From the NCBI GenBank assembly GCA_042408215.1, contig JAYFMW010000026.1, forward strand, positions 1-64,000: a stretch of DNA of 64,000 bases, given 5' to 3'. The stretch comes from Microcoleus sp. (GTDB lineage: Bacteria; Cyanobacteriota; Cyanobacteriia; Cyanobacteriales; Microcoleaceae). Under the pieces are notes generated by a model, which did no database searches, was not told the origin of the DNA, and saw only the letters and a program-made list of their open reading frames with translations. How positions within the stretch are numbered: the first letter of the stretch is position 1; each line of letters begins with the position of its first letter. Made by a program: the position numbers and the translations under genes. Of this stretch, positions 60,956 through 64,000 are shown piece after piece.

Positions 60956-63457
60956 ATGGTGAGCCCACTTTTAGATGGACGCTATCAGATCATTGAAGTC
61001 ATAGAAACAGGAGAATTTGGACTAACCTATCTCGCCAAAGATATTCGCCGTCCGGGTGAACCGCAATGCTTCGTTAAACACCTGCGTCCGGGGACTAGCG
61101 AACCGGAATTAATTAATACTACGCGCCGTCTTTTTCAAAAAGAAGCCGAAGTTCTAGAAAAGCTCGGTCAACACGACCAGATCCCTCAGCTATTCGCTTT
61201 TTTTGAAGAAAATGAAGAATTCTTCTTAGTTGAATCCTTTGTGGCTGGTCATTCCCTATCAACAGAGATTGTCCCCGGCAAACCTCTCACTGAAGAAAAA
61301 GTAATTCTTTTGTTGAAGGAACTGTTAGAAATTTTAGTATTTGTACACGGGCAGGGAGTAATTCATCGAGATATAAAACCGGGAAATTTAATCCGTCGCT
61401 ATTCAGATAATAAGTTAGTTTTGATCGATTTTGGATCGGTGAAAGAAATCCACATAGCTCAAAGACAAGCGCCGGTGACTGTGCGGATCGGGACAATGGA
61501 ATATATGCCGATCGAACAATTTCAATACAACCCGCAACTGAATAGCGATATCTACGCTTTGGGAATGATTGGCATCCAAGCAATGACGGGATTGCCAGCT
61601 TACGATTTGCCGAAACTGCGAGATTTGAAAAAATCCCAGAAAGGCGAAATTATTTGGCGGCATTTAGCAGTGTGTTCTCAAGGGCTAGCCGATGTTTTAG
61701 ACAATATGGTGTGCTACGATTTTCGCGAACGATATCAGTCGGCGGCGGAAGCTTTAGCCGACTTGAGAAAAATAGGCGATCGCTCGAAAGCACGAATTCC
61801 GAAACTAACAGTATATCGCGAAGAAGTCGGTAGACGCACCAGCAGTCGTGGTGACATTACACTTGTCGGCAGAAGAATATTAGACGAACTGTGCGTCAGT
61901 TTAGAATTGCTGCCAGAAGAAGCAGAAAGAATCGAAGACGATGTATTGAATCCTTACCGAAAATACAGGGAAAAAGGGGAACGCTACGAACAAGCACTGC
62001 AAGAAGCAATGCAGCAAGAATATCCCTTTTCTGTCGCAACTCGCGAAGAATTAAAACGCTTGCAGCAAGTTTTAGGACTGACAGACGAAGATGCATCGAC
62101 CATCGAAGAATTAGTCGTTCCTAAATCTTTATTATCGAAATTGTACAAGGCAATTTCCACAGTTTTGGCAGGACACCGCAAGTCCAATGCGCCACCAGCA
62201 GAAAGCATTTCTCCACTCAACTTGCAGACCAATTCTGCGACATCGCCGCAGCTTAATTTGAACGGAAAAACCGACTTGCCGATTAACAGTGCAGCAGCGA
62301 TTGTCCAGAAAGAAACTAGCAAGTTCAATCCTTATCTAATCGGGGCAACCCTTGCTGCTATTTTAGCTGCTATCGGGGGAATTTACGGATATCTCAAATG
62401 GCAAGAATGGCAGCAGCAAGTGGCGATAGAATCCCAAGCACTGAATCAAATTAATGCCCTTTATCAAGAAAGCAATTATGAAGGCTGCATCGGCGAAATA
62501 CCAAAAATTGCCAACACTTCCAGTAGCTACACGTCAGCTCAAAACTTGCAGAATCAGTGCGAAGCAGGCCTCCGCTGGAAAAATGCCAAAGTCAAAAATT
62601 TTGCTCAACATTCAGATGCAGTTGGAGCCGTTGCTTTCAGTCCAGACGGCTTGATGTTAGCCAGCGGTTCCAAGGACAAAACTATCCAAATTTGGGATTT
62701 AGCTACAGGTAAGTCAATCCGCACTTTTGAGGGAGATTCATCCACCATTTGGTCGGTTGCTTTTGACTCAAACGGCACGCGACTTGCCACAGGTACTGGT
62801 TTTTGGAGAGTGATGCTGTGGGATATGAAAACAGGGCAATCGATTCGCAGTCTCGACCACGCTGCTTCTGTTTGGTCCGTCGCTATTAGCCACGACGGAC
62901 TGCTAATTGCTAGCGGCAGTGGAGACAAGACAGCGAAGATTTGGGATGCGGAAAACGGCAGGTTAATTCACAATTTGCCAGACCACACAGATTTTGTTTA
63001 TTCTGTGGCTTTTAGTCCCGATGACAAAACTTTGGTCAGCGCTTCTAAGGACAAGAAAATTACAATTGTTGATGTGGCAACCGGGAGGTTTCTGAAGACT
63101 ATTGATGGTCATGCTGACCAGGTGAGGTCCGTTGCTATTAGTCCTGACGGACAAACATTAGTTAGCGGTTCTTATGATGAAAGTATTAAAATTTGGAATC
63201 TGGAAACTGGGGAGCTAATTCGTTCTCTTAAGGGACATTCTGATGATATTGTATCGGTTGCTATCAGTCCAGACGGACAATTTATTGCTAGCGGGAGTAA
63301 GGATAAAACTATTAAAATTTGGGATTTGGCTACCGGAGAATTGTTGAATACTTTGACAGGACATTTAGATGAGGTTTATGTGGTGACTTTTAGTCCCGAT
63401 GGTAAAACTATTGCTAGCGGCTCTAAAGACAATAGTATTAGGTTGTGGCTGAGGTAG
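60956..63457 (+). CDS. Ser/Thr protein kinase with TM and WD40 repeats
   Basis: HRDIKPGN, LIDFG, SDIYALG; TM YLIGATLAAILAAIGGIYGYL; 7 WD40 repeats. Confidence 0.93.
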   Translation: MVSPLLDGRYQIIEVIETGEFGLTYLAKDIRRPGEPQCFVKHLRPGTSEPELINTTRRLFQKEAEVLEKLGQHDQIPQLFAFFEENEEFFLVESFVAGHSLSTEIVPGKPLTEEKVILLLKELLEILVFVHGQGVIHRDIKPGNLIRRYSDNKLVLIDFGSVKEIHIAQRQAPVTVRIGTMEYMPIEQFQYNPQLNSDIYALGMIGIQAMTGLPAYDLPKLRDLKKSQKGEIIWRHLAVCSQGLADVLDNMVCYDFRERYQSAAEALADLRKIGDRSKARIPKLTVYREEVGRRTSSRGDITLVGRRILDELCVSLELLPEEAERIEDDVLNPYRKYREKGERYEQALQEAMQQEYPFSVATREELKRLQQVLGLTDEDASTIEELVVPKSLLSKLYKAISTVLAGHRKSNAPPAESISPLNLQTNSATSPQLNLNGKTDLPINSAAAIVQKETSKFNPYLIGATLAAILAAIGGIYGYLKWQEWQQQVAIESQALNQINALYQESNYEGCIGEIPKIANTSSSYTSAQNLQNQCEAGLRWKNAKVKNFAQHSDAVGAVAFSPDGLMLASGSKDKTIQIWDLATGKSIRTFEGDSSTIWSVAFDSNGTRLATGTGFWRVMLWDMKTGQSIRSLDHAASVWSVAISHDGLLIASGSGDKTAKIWDAENGRLIHNLPDHTDFVYSVAFSPDDKTLVSASKDKKITIVDVATGRFLKTIDGHADQVRSVAISPDGQTLVSGSYDESIKIWNLETGELIRSLKGHSDDIVSVAISPDGQFIASGSKDKTIKIWDLATGELLNTLTGHLDEVYVVTFSPDGKTIASGSKDNSIRLWLR

Positions 63458-63513
63458 TCATAACAGCGGAAACCGCTGTTATGAGGTACACCCACTTATC
63501 GTTCAATCCTCCT

Positions 63514-63583
63514 AGGGACACGGCAATGCCGTGTCCCTACCGTGTTTCATAACAGTAGGGACACGGCAATGCCGTGTCCCTAC
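63514..63583. repeat. REP-like TAGGGACACGGCAATGCCGTGTCCCTAC x2
   Basis: Two hairpins between convergent genes; (ACCAATA)n tract follows at ~63700-63750. Confidence 0.8.
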
Positions 63584-63786
63584 CGTGTTTCATAACAGCG
63601 GGAACTGCTGTAGTTATTATTGCTTGGTTATGAGTGATTAGTTATGAGTTATTATTGCTTGGTTATGAGTGATTATTTATGGGTTATTAGCACAACTAAA
63701 AACCAATAACCAATAACCAATAACCAATAACCAATAACCAATAACCAATAACAACCAACAAATAACAAATAACTCTTGACTAATGA

Positions 63787-64000
63787 CTATTGAAATTGAC
63801 CGCTAATTTCGTAGGCGATCGCCCCCAAAGACGCCAAACTAGCTAGGATCAACAATCCGGCCGGCATGAATTTACGAGTTTTTACAAGGCGCAGAATAAA
63901 GACAATTACTAAAGCAGCAGAAATGGCTGCTGCTAATATCAAACCCCAACTTTGCCCCATAAGTTGCGCGGTGCCGGCAAAAATTAGCAGCGAACCGCTA
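63787..64000 (-). CDS. TMEM14-family small membrane protein (3' part, runs off the window)
   Basis: Manual translation SGSLLIFAG...RLVKTRKFMPAGLL...GQFQ*; KFMPAG motif. Confidence 0.8.
   Translation of the reverse strand, partial: SGSLLIFAGTAQLMGQSWGLILAAAISAALVIVFILRLVKTRKFMPAGLLILASLASLGAIAYEISGQFQ

Overview
Chromosomal window of a filamentous cyanobacterium. Evidence: dense HIP1 GCGATCGC, ntcA, nrrA and patD genes, heptamer STRR tracts and Oscillatoriales-style palindromic repeats; Microcoleus/Tychonema-like is an inference. Housekeeping and regulatory genes (ntcA, fabI, hisB, bolA-grxD, nrrA, ALDH, a frameshifted rel/spoT, patD, group 2 sigma factor, map, ycf29-type regulator, FdhF/YdeP oxidoreductase, WD40 proteins) alternate with accessory segments. 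These are a higBA module next to an IS607 element (broken tnpA, intact Fanzor-related tnpB), a repeat-bounded toxin-antitoxin island (38.9-44.8 kb) and several MITEs with clear TIRs/TSDs. The most interesting region is a minus-strand cluster at 18.6-29.4 kb: coiled-coil protein, Zn-ribbon/coiled-coil/FGE-CLec protein, double CbbX/SpoVK-type AAA+ ATPase, Uma2 nuclease, atypical Hsp70, second coiled-coil protein and an orphan NrdG-like radical SAM enzyme. The 3' end of its FGE gene looks like a diversity-generating retroelement (DGR) variable region, with no RT or template repeat seen in the window. Two small ORFs absent from the track as such were found (44 aa with an NtcA box; 35 aa membrane peptide). 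No rRNA, tRNA or CRISPR array was recognised. All calls come from reading the sequence; no database searches were run.
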